A DNA stretch of 64,000 nucleotides. Origin: Clostridia bacterium (GTDB taxonomy: Bacteria > Bacillota > Clostridia > TANB77 > RGIG9151). Every line of letters starts with the position of its first letter. The first letter of the stretch is position 1. Positions 9,815 to 19,026 of this stretch are shown piece after piece. Made by a program: the position numbers and the translations under genes. Location of the stretch: assembly GCA_017934955.1 (NCBI GenBank), contig JAGBIO010000025.1:4425-68424 (forward strand), read 5' to 3'. The notes below the pieces were generated by a model. That model was given only the letters and a program-made list of their open reading frames with translations. It was not told where the DNA came from and ran no database searches.

Positions 9815-9930
9815 ACGCCGTCCCCTACAATGCTATTGCACAATCATCGTAGGGACACAATTTATTGTGTCCACAGAAAAGGAAGACAGGCAGGACAGCA
9901 TGAATGCTGTCCGTACAGTGATTTAGAAAA
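9815..9930. repeat. Second copy of the composite REP hairpin unit (duplicate of 8651-8790)
   Basis: About 97% identical to the upstream copy, including the promoter and 5'UTR of the downstream paralog. Confidence 0.8.
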
Positions 9931-10045
9931 CTGTTGCACAATTATGTAAAACGTGATAGAATAGAAACTGACAATTGAATAGGTGACTCTGAGTAACAGA
10001 ATTGGCACTCTAACAAGATTCCGAATTGAGTAAGGAGGAAAAAGT

Positions 10046-10720
10046 ATGAAGACAACGGCAGATGGGATGTTTGTTTTGATCGAGGCGTCGAAATTGAGCC
10101 CGGAGGATGCATTCTTGCAGTATGAACCGAAGACGATGATGCAAGAGCTTTTCAAGAAACGACTTGTAAGTGCAATAAAGCGAGGTGTGAAAGATTTCTA
10201 CCGACCGAGGATTGACCCGTCTTTTACGGAAGATGGCACCGGAATTTGCTACAAATCCGGAAGGAAGCCGGCGGTAGGGAAGTCTTACAATTGCTGGGTC
10301 GACGTTGCAAAGAATTTCAATCCTGACCGTAAGAGTCGGCTTGGAAAGAGGTCGGAGTATGTTGCCTTTCTCGGAGTGCTGATTAAGACGCTGGTTGCGA
10401 AAGGTTGGAGCGTGGATGAGGCATGGCTCACCGTGTGCAACGACTCTAAGAAGTTGGGGCACTACCGGAATTCCAAGAATGCTAAGGATGATTTCGAGCT
10501 TACCGGGTCGAGGGAGATTGGTGGTTTCTTTGATCTTGCCAATACTTACAAGGTTTTGGCAGATGACGAAGGAATGGGCGCCTTCTGGCTTGCGGGTGGT
10601 ACCTTTTGGAATATTAGCTACATCTATCCGCTTGCGTATTTGGATCAGTACGATTACTGTAATTGCAACCTCGACTATAGTGTTGGTTGGCTTGTGCTTG
10701 AGAGTAGCACTGATCACTGA
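10046..10720 (+). CDS. hypothetical protein, paralog B of the tandemly duplicated pair
   Basis: Leader, RBS and terminator are identical to those of paralog A. The C-terminal third diverges strongly from paralog A. Confidence 0.65.
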   Translation: MKTTADGMFVLIEASKLSPEDAFLQYEPKTMMQELFKKRLVSAIKRGVKDFYRPRIDPSFTEDGTGICYKSGRKPAVGKSYNCWVDVAKNFNPDRKSRLGKRSEYVAFLGVLIKTLVAKGWSVDEAWLTVCNDSKKLGHYRNSKNAKDDFELTGSREIGGFFDLANTYKVLADDEGMGAFWLAGGTFWNISYIYPLAYLDQYDYCNCNLDYSVGWLVLESSTDH

Positions 10721-10799
10721 ATACTGTCTTAGAATAGGCGATGAGTAAAATCGCGTGAGGAGAACTTTGAGTTTTTTCAAGGTTCTCCTTTTTATGTCG

Positions 10800-11040
10800 A
10801 ATCGTAGGAACATAATTTATTGTGTCCACAGAAAAGGCAGACAGGACAGCATAAATGCTGTCCGTACAGTGATTGTACAACATTGTAGGGACACAATTTA
10901 TTGTGTCCACAGAAAAGGCAGACAGGACAGCATAAATACTGTCTGTACAGTGATTGTACAACATTGTAGGGACACAATTTATTGTGTCCGTGAAATAGGC
11001 GAGTGTTAGAATTAGGACACAATGAATTGTGTCCCTACAT
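10800..11040. repeat. Tandem array of about 3.5 composite REP units (GTAGGGACACAATTTATTGTGTCC-ACAGAAAAGGCAGACA-GGACAGCATAAATGCTGTCC-GTACAGTGATTGTACAACATT)
   Basis: Direct repeats of a unit of about 90 bp. The ORFs called here translate the repeat (recurring LYGQHSCCP peptides) and are not genes. Confidence 0.85.
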
Positions 11041-11131
11041 CACTATAGGCAAATATGTCTGATCTATAACAAGAGGTATTGAATCTGCATAAAATTTGGA
11101 AAAAAGGAGAAAATAATCGGTAAAGAGAGGG

Positions 11132-11776
11132 ATGCAGATGAGAGTGCCGAGACATATTGGGGTGATTCCTGACGGAAACAGAAGATGGGCGGTTCAGGCA
11201 GGGATGGAGAAGAAAGACGGATATGAACGAGGTTTGGAGCCGGGAGTGCGGTTGCTGAATTTGGCGAGGGAGAATCATATTGAAGAGATTACTTATTACG
11301 GATTTACCGTGGATAATTGTAAACGTCCGAAAGAGCAGGTGGAGGCATTTCAAAAGGCTTGTGTGGATGCGGTGAATTTGATTGCGGAGAATGATGTGAG
11401 CCTGTTGGTGGTGGGAAATGATGAGTCGAAGATGTTTCCGAAGGAGTTATTAAAGTATCGGAAGCGAGTGGATATCGGAAAAGGTGGAATAAAGGTTAAT
11501 TTTCTGGTGAATTACGGTTGGGAATGGGATTTGGAAAATACGTCTTTGGCGACGGGAAAGCGGGAACTTTGGACTTCTTTAAAGACGGCGGATATCAGTC
11601 GAGTGGATTTGATTATTCGCTGGGGAGGTAGAAGAAGATTATCCGGGTTTCTTCCGATTCAGTCGGTATATTCGGATTTTTATGTGTTGGATACCTTATG
11701 GCCGGATTTTACCGAGCAGGACTTTTATCGAGCGTTAGCATGGTATCAGGAACAGGACATAACGTTGGGAGGATAA
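11132..11776 (+). CDS. cis-prenyltransferase (undecaprenyl-diphosphate synthase family, short form)
   Basis: HIGVIPDGNRRWA matches the UppS DGNRRWA signature and IRWGG is near the C-terminus. It is 214 aa. The start may be the ATG at 11138. Confidence 0.75.
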   Translation: MQMRVPRHIGVIPDGNRRWAVQAGMEKKDGYERGLEPGVRLLNLARENHIEEITYYGFTVDNCKRPKEQVEAFQKACVDAVNLIAENDVSLLVVGNDESKMFPKELLKYRKRVDIGKGGIKVNFLVNYGWEWDLENTSLATGKRELWTSLKTADISRVDLIIRWGGRRRLSGFLPIQSVYSDFYVLDTLWPDFTEQDFYRALAWYQEQDITLGG

Positions 11777-11777
11777 A

Positions 11778-13031
11778 ATGGATTTTTTCTTAAAGGAGGA
11801 GTCGGTAAAATTTCGAATTTTCATTTTTTCGCTTCTGATTTTGTTTTTTTACATTTGTGCAGGAACATCGCTTTATTATAGAGAAAGACTGCTTTTGGGT
11901 TCATTGGAAGAGTTTAATAATGATGATGTGAAATATTTAAGAAGCGCGGATACATTATTAAAGACAGGAAAGTTTACCTACGAAGATCCTGAGAAGTCAA
12001 CGGTATTTATTATGCCGGGAATTGTACTTGTTTTATTGCCGTTTGTAAAAATATTTGGCATGGCAGGTGCGGTTTTGCCGTTTCAGATTTTTTCAGCTTT
12101 TTTGATGACGATTACCGTATATGTCTTTTTTCAGTTTGCGAAAAGACAATTTGGAAACCTTTCGGCAAGTATCGCTTTGGTGGCGATGATAAGCTATATT
12201 CCGTTGGTTTACATATCGACGCTGATTTTGACCGAGACTTGCTTTTTATTTTGTTTTGCGTGGTTGCTGTATTTTTCCGGGATAGCTTTAGCAGAAAAGC
12301 GGGAAAAATATTATATAGTAGCCGGAATTGCGTGGGGATTGGCAACGCTGTTTCGCCCGATGATTGTACTGTTTCCGGTTGTACTTTTAATATTGTGGAT
12401 GCAAAAGAAGTCTTCTTTTCACGAAATGAAGCGGTATGCGACGTTACTGGTGATTCCGTTTCTTTTCTTGCTTTCTCCGTGGTGGATTCGCAATGCGATA
12501 ACTTTTCAGAGGTTTATTCCGTTTACTTTGTCGATGGGGAATCCGATGCTGTTAGGGGCGTTTATCAATAACGAAGTAGATTTTGAATTGATTGAACGAT
12601 TAAATCAAAATAACTTGCAATATACCGACGATTTTTTATGGAATAACTATGTGGATATGGAGTTTGCGAAGATGGTAACGGAGTACCATTTTCGACAAGA
12701 CTTTTGGGGGTATTTGAAATGGATTTTAGTAACAAAGACATGGCTTAATTTTACAGACCCTTATTGCCTTCCGGGATTTTACGGATTACCGATTTTATGG
12801 CTCCAGAGACAGCATCTTTTTTATATGTTATGCGGGTTATTGGGGATGCTAATTTGTTTGAAAAAGAAGAAGGATAGTTCTTTTTTATTAATTTTTACCG
12901 TCTTTTATTTTGCGTTAGCACATCTTTCGGTTTTAGCGTATTCAAGGTATATGATTCCGGTAATGCCGGTGATGATTTTGTTGGGAGCAGAAGCGGTGAC
13001 GACGGTAGTGAGAAAAGTAGATTACAGTTAG
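11778..13031 (+). CDS. GT-C fold membrane glycosyltransferase (ArnT/PMT-like, polyprenyl-phosphate dependent)
   Basis: Polytopic membrane protein of 417 aa with about 10 TM helices and loops characteristic of ArnT/PMT-type GT-C enzymes. It is translationally coupled (1-nt gap) to the upstream cis-prenyltransferase. Confidence 0.5.
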   Translation: MDFFLKEESVKFRIFIFSLLILFFYICAGTSLYYRERLLLGSLEEFNNDDVKYLRSADTLLKTGKFTYEDPEKSTVFIMPGIVLVLLPFVKIFGMAGAVLPFQIFSAFLMTITVYVFFQFAKRQFGNLSASIALVAMISYIPLVYISTLILTETCFLFCFAWLLYFSGIALAEKREKYYIVAGIAWGLATLFRPMIVLFPVVLLILWMQKKSSFHEMKRYATLLVIPFLFLLSPWWIRNAITFQRFIPFTLSMGNPMLLGAFINNEVDFELIERLNQNNLQYTDDFLWNNYVDMEFAKMVTEYHFRQDFWGYLKWILVTKTWLNFTDPYCLPGFYGLPILWLQRQHLFYMLCGLLGMLICLKKKKDSSFLLIFTVFYFALAHLSVLAYSRYMIPVMPVMILLGAEAVTTVVRKVDYS

Positions 13032-13183
13032 ACTCAAATTTATAGAGAAGGCACAAACAATGTAGGGACAGCATTCATGCTGTCCACAGAAAAGGCAGAA
13101 AAGTAGGACAGCATAAATGCTGTCCCTACAATAGAATGAGGAAAATTTAAGGTACATATATAAATTTAAGTTTGACCAGTAAC
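13027..13183. repeat. Complete MITE of the same family (terminal repeats GTTAGACTCAAATT / AATTTAAGTTTGACCAGTAAC)
   Basis: Contains GGACAGCATTCATGCTGTCC and GGACAGCATAAATGCTGTCC hairpins. Confidence 0.8.
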
Positions 13184-13322
13184 AAATGCAGAAAAAATCG
13201 AGAAAAAAGGGCTTGCTTTTTTTGTAAAGTTATGGTAATATAAAAATGCTTGATATAGACGTTGATGAAAGAGTGGGATGTCCCACTCTTTCGTTCATGT
13301 TGGGGCAGATAAGGAGGAACTT

Positions 13323-13778
13323 ATGGCGAAAATAGAAGAGATGGTTTCGGCGACGATTCAGGATACCGTTACAAGTTTAGGTTGTGAAATTTACGATGTG
13401 GAGTATTTAAAAGAGGGCTCTAACTGGTATCTGAGAATTTATATCGATAAGCCGGAAGGGGTTTCTATCGAGGATTGTGAGGCGGTAAGCCGTGCGATTG
13501 ATCCGATTATCGATGAATTAAATCCGATTAAAACAGCGTATTCTTTGGAAGTTTCTTCTCCGGGACTCGAAAGAGTTTTAAGAAAATCGGAACATTTTGA
13601 GAAGAATCTCAATAAATTAGTGGAGGTTTCGCTCTTTAAAGCGGTTTCCGGAAGCAAAAAAATGCAGGGCATCTTAAAAAGTGCCGATACAGAACAGATT
13701 ACAATTGAAGTGGAGCATGAGACGATTTCCTTAAATCGTCAAGATGTTTCAAAAGTAAATTTAGTATATGAATTTTAA
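13323..13778 (+). CDS. rimP: ribosome maturation factor RimP
   Basis: Conserved RimP sequence (SLGCEIYDVEY..NWYLRIYIDKPEGVSIEDCEAVSRAIDPIIDE). RBS AAGGAGG lies 6 nt before the ATG at 13323. Gene context is rimP-nusA. Confidence 0.85.
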   Translation: MAKIEEMVSATIQDTVTSLGCEIYDVEYLKEGSNWYLRIYIDKPEGVSIEDCEAVSRAIDPIIDELNPIKTAYSLEVSSPGLERVLRKSEHFEKNLNKLVEVSLFKAVSGSKKMQGILKSADTEQITIEVEHETISLNRQDVSKVNLVYEF

Positions 13779-13793
13779 TTTTGAAAGGAATGA

Positions 13794-14855
13794 GTGAAAA
13801 AAATGAATCAGGAATTTATAGGTGCGATTAACGAACTGGAAAAGGAGAGAGGAATTCAGCCGGAAATCTTGTTTGATGCAATTGAGGTGGCGTTAATTAC
13901 TGCATTTAAGAAAAACTTCGATTCCAATGAAAACGTAAGAGTTTCTATGGACCGCGAAACGGGAGACATTCACGTTTATGCACAAAGAAAAGTGGTAGAA
14001 GAAGTGATGGATCCGGATTTGGAAATTTCCTTGGAGGATGCGAAGGAAATTTCGAAGAAGTATGAGTTGGATGACTTGGTAGAACGAGAAGTAACACCGA
14101 GAAACTTCGGAAGAATTGCGGCACAAACCGCAAAGCAAGTAGTTATCCAGAGAATTCGTGAAGCGGAACGAGATGCAACTTTTAATCAATATTTAGGAAA
14201 AGAAGGCGATATCGTTAACGGTATCGTGACGACGTTAGATAAAAGAGGTTTGGTAGTAGAACTTGGAAAGACAGAGGCGCTTTTATTGACGCAGGAAATT
14301 ATTCCGGGAGAAAAATTCAGAGTAGGCGAACGCGTAAAAGCATATATTACAAAAGTAGAGAAGAGTTTAAAAGGTCCGCAAGTCTTTATTTCCAGAACGC
14401 ATCCGGGTTTGGTAAAGAGATTGTTTGAGTTGGAAGTACCGGAAATTTACGAAGGCATTATCGAAATTGTATCAGTTGCTCGTGAAGCGGGTTTAAGAAC
14501 GAAAATGGCAGTTATGACAAAGTTGGAAAACATTGATCCGGTCGGTTCTTGCGTGGGACAAAAAGGAACGAGAGTGCAAAATATCATTAATGAGTTAAAA
14601 GGCGAGAAAATCGATATTATCGAATGGAGTCCGGATACGGCACAGTATATTGCGAGTGCATTAAATCCGGCGGAAGTGTTGGCGGTGGATGTAAACGAAG
14701 AAGAAAAGACTGCAAAAGTAGTTGTTCCGGACAATCAATTGTCGCTTGCGATCGGTAAAGAAGGTCAAAACGCAAGATTAGCGGCACGTTTGACCGGATT
14801 TAAGATTGATATTAAGAGTGAAACGCAGATTAAAAATGAGATATTAGAAATTTAG
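13794..14855 (+). CDS. nusA: transcription termination/antitermination factor NusA
   Basis: NusA N-terminal, S1 and KH domains are recognisable. The operon position is canonical. Confidence 0.9.
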   Translation: MKKMNQEFIGAINELEKERGIQPEILFDAIEVALITAFKKNFDSNENVRVSMDRETGDIHVYAQRKVVEEVMDPDLEISLEDAKEISKKYELDDLVEREVTPRNFGRIAAQTAKQVVIQRIREAERDATFNQYLGKEGDIVNGIVTTLDKRGLVVELGKTEALLLTQEIIPGEKFRVGERVKAYITKVEKSLKGPQVFISRTHPGLVKRLFELEVPEIYEGIIEIVSVAREAGLRTKMAVMTKLENIDPVGSCVGQKGTRVQNIINELKGEKIDIIEWSPDTAQYIASALNPAEVLAVDVNEEEKTAKVVVPDNQLSLAIGKEGQNARLAARLTGFKIDIKSETQIKNEILEI

Positions 14856-14862
14856 TGGGTAA

Positions 14863-14890
14863 GGGACAGCATGAATGCTGTCCGTACAAA
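14863..14890. repeat. Single REP hairpin (GGGACAGCATGAATGCTGTCC) in the nusA-ylxR intergenic space
   Basis: Perfect palindrome identical to other family members. Confidence 0.8.
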
Positions 14891-14922
14891 AGGAAGCAGA
14901 TGAAATAAACATACAGAAGGGA

Positions 14923-15204
14923 ATGGGGCATTTGAAGAAAATACCGATTAGAACTTGTATAGGTTGTAATGAAACGAAGCCGAAGAAAGAATTGATTCGG
15001 GTGGTGAAATCGCCGGAAGGAGAAGTCAGTATCGACTTTACCGGAAGGGCAAACGGAAGGGGCGCGTATATCTGTAACAATGTTTCTTGCTTGGAAAAAG
15101 CGGTAAAAACGAAACGATTATCAAAAGCGTTTTCCATGCAGATTGACATGCAGATTTATGAGGAACTTCGAAAAACAATCGAGGAGCAAAGTTCGGAGGA
15201 ATGA
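14923..15204 (+). CDS. ylxR: YlxR/RnpM (DUF448) RNA-binding protein
   Basis: IPIRTCIGCNETKPKKELIRVV..GRGAYIC signature. The start is the ATG at 14923, after the REP hairpin. Position between nusA and L7Ae/infB is conserved. Confidence 0.8.
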   Translation: MGHLKKIPIRTCIGCNETKPKKELIRVVKSPEGEVSIDFTGRANGRGAYICNNVSCLEKAVKTKRLSKAFSMQIDMQIYEELRKTIEEQSSEE

Positions 15205-15533
15205 AAAAGATTTTAACACTACTGGGCTTTGCGAAAAAAGCGAAAAAGTTGGTAACAGGTTCTAATGCGGTTTTAAGAAGTATTCTGTATGGCGAAAGCT
15301 ATTTGGTGATTGTAAATGAAGATGCAGGAAAAAGCGTGAAAGATAAATTTCAGCGGATTTGTTCCGAAAATGAAGTAAGATTTTATATTTTGGGAGATTC
15401 CAAGGAGTTTAGTAAAGCAACGGGAGAAGAAAACAAAGTCATTTATTCTGTGACGGAGGAAGGCTTTGCAAAAAAGATATCGACGATTGTTGCGGAGATG
15501 AAGGATTTTAATGGAGGTGCAGTAATTGAGTAA
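15201..15533 (+). CDS. ylxQ: L7Ae-family ribosomal-protein-like RNA-binding protein YlxQ
   Basis: Conserved position between ylxR and infB. The KKAKKLVTG...YLVIV pattern is typical of the L7Ae family. Confidence 0.7.
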   Translation: MKKILTLLGFAKKAKKLVTGSNAVLRSILYGESYLVIVNEDAGKSVKDKFQRICSENEVRFYILGDSKEFSKATGEENKVIYSVTEEGFAKKISTIVAEMKDFNGGAVIE

Positions 15534-18420
15534 AGTTAAGGTTTATGAAATGGCAAAAAGGGTTGGAATGAGTAATAAGGACTTTTTGATGAAGTTGGAA
15601 GAATGGGGAATTAAATTAAAAAGCCATTTAAACGTTATCGAAGAGGCGGACATGAAAATTATCGAAGAAAAGTTAAAGTTGACGAAAAAAGGCGGAGAAG
15701 AAAAGCCGGCGACGAAAAAGTCTGCGGAAACTGCAAAGAAGAAGGATGAACCACGCATAATCCGTCGTGAAATCGTCCAAATTAAAGAGGAAGAATCCGG
15801 CGAAAAGGGAAAAGCAGATTCCATGGATTATGAATTAAAGCCGAGAAAAGCTGCAAATCCGGAGCAATTCAGAAGAAGTGACGCACAAATTGAGAAGAAG
15901 AAAACGCCGATTCCGAGTATTATGGATTTGTTTAAGCCGAAAAAGGCAGAACCTGCCGTTCCGGAAAAGAAACCGGAAGAACCAAAACCGGTTGCGGAAG
16001 AACTGAAACCGGCAGAAATTGTGCCGCCTAAGGCAGAAATAAAGGAAGAGGTAAAAGAAGAAGTGAAAACGACAGCACCGGTAGCAGAAAAGAAGCCGGA
16101 AGAAAAAGTACAAGAAAATCATAAACCGCAGGAAAATCATGCTCAGCGTCCTTCTCGTCCGCAAGGAGAATGGCAAAATCGCAACAACAATAACCGTCCG
16201 CAACAGCAAGGCGGAAATACCAATCGTCCGCGGGGAGAATGGCAGAATCGAAATAATAACAATAACCGTCCGCAACAGCAAGGAAATTCCCAAAACAGAC
16301 GTCCGTTTAATAATAACAGACCGCAATTCAATAAGGCACAAGGGGTGGAAAATCAGCTGAAACAGGCGTTAAAAGACACTCCGACGGAACAAGTGACGAA
16401 GGATGTAACAAGACAATTTAAGCCGAAGCCGCAGAATAATGATATGCAGGAAAAGAAGACTTCAAAAGCACCGAAGAACAATAATTCTCATGCAGAAAAC
16501 TTTAGCAGAGAGCATTTGAAGGAATTAAGAGCGGGTCATAAAGTTTCGGATTTGTTAAATGAAGATGATTCGGTATTAATGAACTTTTACGACTTTGAAA
16601 GAAGAGGAAAAGGCGGAAATAAAAAGAAGAAAGAAGAACAAAGACCTTTTGAACAACCGAAGCAGTTACCGTTTAGTATTACGGTTGGCGAGAGTATCAC
16701 CGTAAAAGAGTTGGCGGAGAAATTAAAGAAAACGTCGGCGGATTTGATTAAGAAACTCCTTTCCTATGGCGTTATGGTTACGGTAAATAATGAAATTGAT
16801 TATGATACAGCGGCAACGATGGCGGAAGAATATGGTGTGAAAATTGAAAAAGAAGTGGTTGTAAAAGCGGAAGATATCTTGTTCGATGAATCTCCGGATA
16901 TTGAGGAAAACTTGGTAACAAGACCTCCGATTGTGGTTGTAATGGGCCACGTTGACCATGGTAAGACTTCGTTATTGGATGCGATTCGAGAAAGTCACGT
17001 TATTGATACCGAAGCCGGCGGTATTACGCAGCATATTGGTGCGTCTACCGTTAATATCAACGGTAGAGATATTACTTTCTTAGATACTCCGGGACACGAA
17101 GCGTTTACCGCAATGAGAGCGAGAGGTGCGCAAGTTACCGATATCGCGATCTTGGTTGTTGCTGCCGATGACGGTATTATGCCGCAAACGGTAGAAGCGA
17201 TTAACCATGCGAAAGCTGCGGGTGTTTCCTTAATTGTGGCGATTAACAAAATTGATAAAGAAGCAGCAAATCCGGACAAAGTAAAGCAGGAATTGATGAA
17301 TTACGGTGTTGTGCCGGAAGAATGGGGGGGTGACGCGATTTGCGTTCCGGTTTCTGCGAAAAAGAGAATTGGAATTGATTCGTTATTAGAGACGGTTACT
17401 TTGGTGGCAGATGTGCTTGATTTGAAAGCAGACCCAAATCGTCAGGCAAAGGGTACCGTTATCGAAGCGAAGTTGGATAAAGGAAGAGGCCCGGTTGCGA
17501 CATTACTCGTACAAAGAGGTACGATTAATGTGGGAGATACCGTTGTTGCCGGAAATGTAGTAGGACATATTCGTGCGATGACCGATTCGAGAGGAAGAAA
17601 GATTAAGAAAGCAGGTCCTTCGATTCCTGCCGAAGTGGTAGGCCTTCAAGAAGTACCGGAATCCGGCGATATTTTCTATGTGGTAAAAGATGAAAAATTA
17701 GCAAAGCAATTGGTAGAAAAGAGAAAGATGAAGAAGAGAGAAGATATGTTAAAAGCATCTTCTCGAGTAACTTTGGATGACTTATTCGATAAGATTTCCG
17801 CCGGTGAAGTAAAGGATTTGAATATTATCGTAAAAGCTGACGTTCAAGGTTCGGTGGAAGCAGTAAAACAGAGCTTAGAGAAGATTTCCAACGACGAAGT
17901 GCGTGTTCGTGTTATTCATGGTGCGGTTGGTGCGATTACCGAATCCGACGTTATGTTGTCGCAAGTTTCAAATGCGATTATCATCGGATTTAACGTTCGT
18001 CCGGAAGCGACGGCAAAAGCGGTTGCGGAAAGAGAAGGCGTGGATATTCGTCTTTATAGCATCATTTATAACGCGATTGAAGATGTAACGGCTGCTATGA
18101 AGGGAATGTTGGCACCGAAGTTTAAGGAAGAGATTACAGGTCATGCCGAGATTCGTCATATCTTTAAGATTCCGGGTGTGGGAAGTATTGCCGGTTCTTA
18201 TGTAACGGACGGAAAGATTGCAAGAAATTCTTCAATTCGTTTGATTCGTGACGGAATTGTGGTATTAGACGGTAAGATTTCTTCGTTAAAGAGAGAAAAA
18301 GACGATGCGAAGGAAGTGAACGAAGGTTACGAATGCGGTATCGGCTTAGAGAAGTTTAATGATATTAAGTTAGGAGATATCATTGAGGCATATGTGATGG
18401 AAGAAATCGCGAGAGATTAA
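15526..18420 (+). CDS. infB: translation initiation factor IF-2
   Basis: TTG start giving [14 protein letters not shown] (IF2_N). G domain [16 protein letters not shown]. Full length 964 aa. The N-terminal linker contains a tandemly repeated RPQQQG..NRNNNN peptide. Confidence 0.95.
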   Translation: MSKVKVYEMAKRVGMSNKDFLMKLEEWGIKLKSHLNVIEEADMKIIEEKLKLTKKGGEEKPATKKSAETAKKKDEPRIIRREIVQIKEEESGEKGKADSMDYELKPRKAANPEQFRRSDAQIEKKKTPIPSIMDLFKPKKAEPAVPEKKPEEPKPVAEELKPAEIVPPKAEIKEEVKEEVKTTAPVAEKKPEEKVQENHKPQENHAQRPSRPQGEWQNRNNNNRPQQQGGNTNRPRGEWQNRNNNNNRPQQQGNSQNRRPFNNNRPQFNKAQGVENQLKQALKDTPTEQVTKDVTRQFKPKPQNNDMQEKKTSKAPKNNNSHAENFSREHLKELRAGHKVSDLLNEDDSVLMNFYDFERRGKGGNKKKKEEQRPFEQPKQLPFSITVGESITVKELAEKLKKTSADLIKKLLSYGVMVTVNNEIDYDTAATMAEEYGVKIEKEVVVKAEDILFDESPDIEENLVTRPPIVVVMGHVDHGKTSLLDAIRESHVIDTEAGGITQHIGASTVNINGRDITFLDTPGHEAFTAMRARGAQVTDIAILVVAADDGIMPQTVEAINHAKAAGVSLIVAINKIDKEAANPDKVKQELMNYGVVPEEWGGDAICVPVSAKKRIGIDSLLETVTLVADVLDLKADPNRQAKGTVIEAKLDKGRGPVATLLVQRGTINVGDTVVAGNVVGHIRAMTDSRGRKIKKAGPSIPAEVVGLQEVPESGDIFYVVKDEKLAKQLVEKRKMKKREDMLKASSRVTLDDLFDKISAGEVKDLNIIVKADVQGSVEAVKQSLEKISNDEVRVRVIHGAVGAITESDVMLSQVSNAIIIGFNVRPEATAKAVAEREGVDIRLYSIIYNAIEDVTAAMKGMLAPKFKEEITGHAEIRHIFKIPGVGSIAGSYVTDGKIARNSSIRLIRDGIVVLDGKISSLKREKDDAKEVNEGYECGIGLEKFNDIKLGDIIEAYVMEEIARD

Positions 18421-18439
18421 AAGATAGAGGAGAACATAA

Positions 18440-18772
18440 ATGGAAAGAACAGACAGAATTGCAGAAGAGATTAAAAAAGTTATCAGCGAGATGATACAAA
18501 ATGAGTTGAAAGATCCTCGGGTAAAGGGGTTGATTAGTGTAACAAAAATCAACCTCACGAAAGATTTGAAGTTTTGTAAGATTTATATTAGCGTACTTGG
18601 TGCCGATAAAGAGGAAGTTCTTGCCGGAATCAAAAGTGGTGCCGGTTATATGAGAAAAGAATTAGGGCAAAGAGTACAAATTCGTATTTTGCCGGAACTT
18701 CAGTTTGTCATTGATAACTCGATGGAATACGGGGCACATATTGATCAAGTCATTAAAGGGTTGAATTCGTAG
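18440..18772 (+). CDS. rbfA: ribosome-binding factor A
   Basis: Conserved RbfA sequence and operon position after infB. Confidence 0.9.
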   Translation: MERTDRIAEEIKKVISEMIQNELKDPRVKGLISVTKINLTKDLKFCKIYISVLGADKEEVLAGIKSGAGYMRKELGQRVQIRILPELQFVIDNSMEYGAHIDQVIKGLNS

Positions 18773-18825
18773 AAGTTTATACAGTTATGGAGTGTTTCCG
18801 GTTACTGTAGAAAGAATAAAAACGG

Positions 18826-18868
18826 AGAATGTATAAAAATGTTTCTAATTTATATATTCTCCGTTTTT
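18826..18868 (+). terminator. Rho-independent terminator of the nusA-infB-rbfA operon
   Basis: AAAAACGGAGAATGTATAAAAATGTTTCTAATTTATATATTCTCCGTTTTT hairpin plus T-run. Confidence 0.7.
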
Positions 18869-18884
18869 ATTATGGTAAAATCTG

Positions 18885-18990
18885 TATGGACACAATTCAT
18901 TGTGTCCACTAATTGACTCGCATGTAAGGATATATTAAAATTTAAATAAACACAAACTCTGCGTAGGGACAGCATTCATGCTGTCCACTA
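18885..18990. repeat. REP hairpin pair (GGACACAATTCATTGTGTCC ... GGACAGCATTCATGCTGTCC)
   Basis: Both palindromes are present with a 60-bp spacer. Confidence 0.8.
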
Positions 18991-19026
18991 TGTAAGTACA
19001 ACCTATAAATCGAGGAGGAATCTTAA

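Noticed and set aside
9209-10813. Antisense ORFs opposite the duplicated hypothetical genes (9209..9583-, 10010..10813-) and nested +2-frame ORFs (9252..9566, 10395..10748)
   Set aside because: The sense ORFs carry identical strong promoters, RBSs and terminators in both duplicated units. The antisense ORFs lack any expression signals.
10614-11022. ORFs 10614..10964(-), 10755..11009(+), 10792..11022(-), and similar ones at 24166..24507, 8719..8973, 9862..10155, 12942..13157 and 3741..3944
   Set aside because: They are read-throughs of tandem REP/MITE units. The same peptide strings (LYGQHSCCP, VRTAFMLST, CVPTM) recur wherever the repeat occurs, on both strands, with no RBS. They are repeat translations, not genes.
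15543-16360. Antisense and alternate-frame ORFs inside infB (15543..15824-, 15835..16341-, 16139..16360+, 16143..16331-)
   Set aside because: They lie within the low-complexity, internally repeated linker region of a highly conserved gene, which keeps frames open. There are no RBSs.
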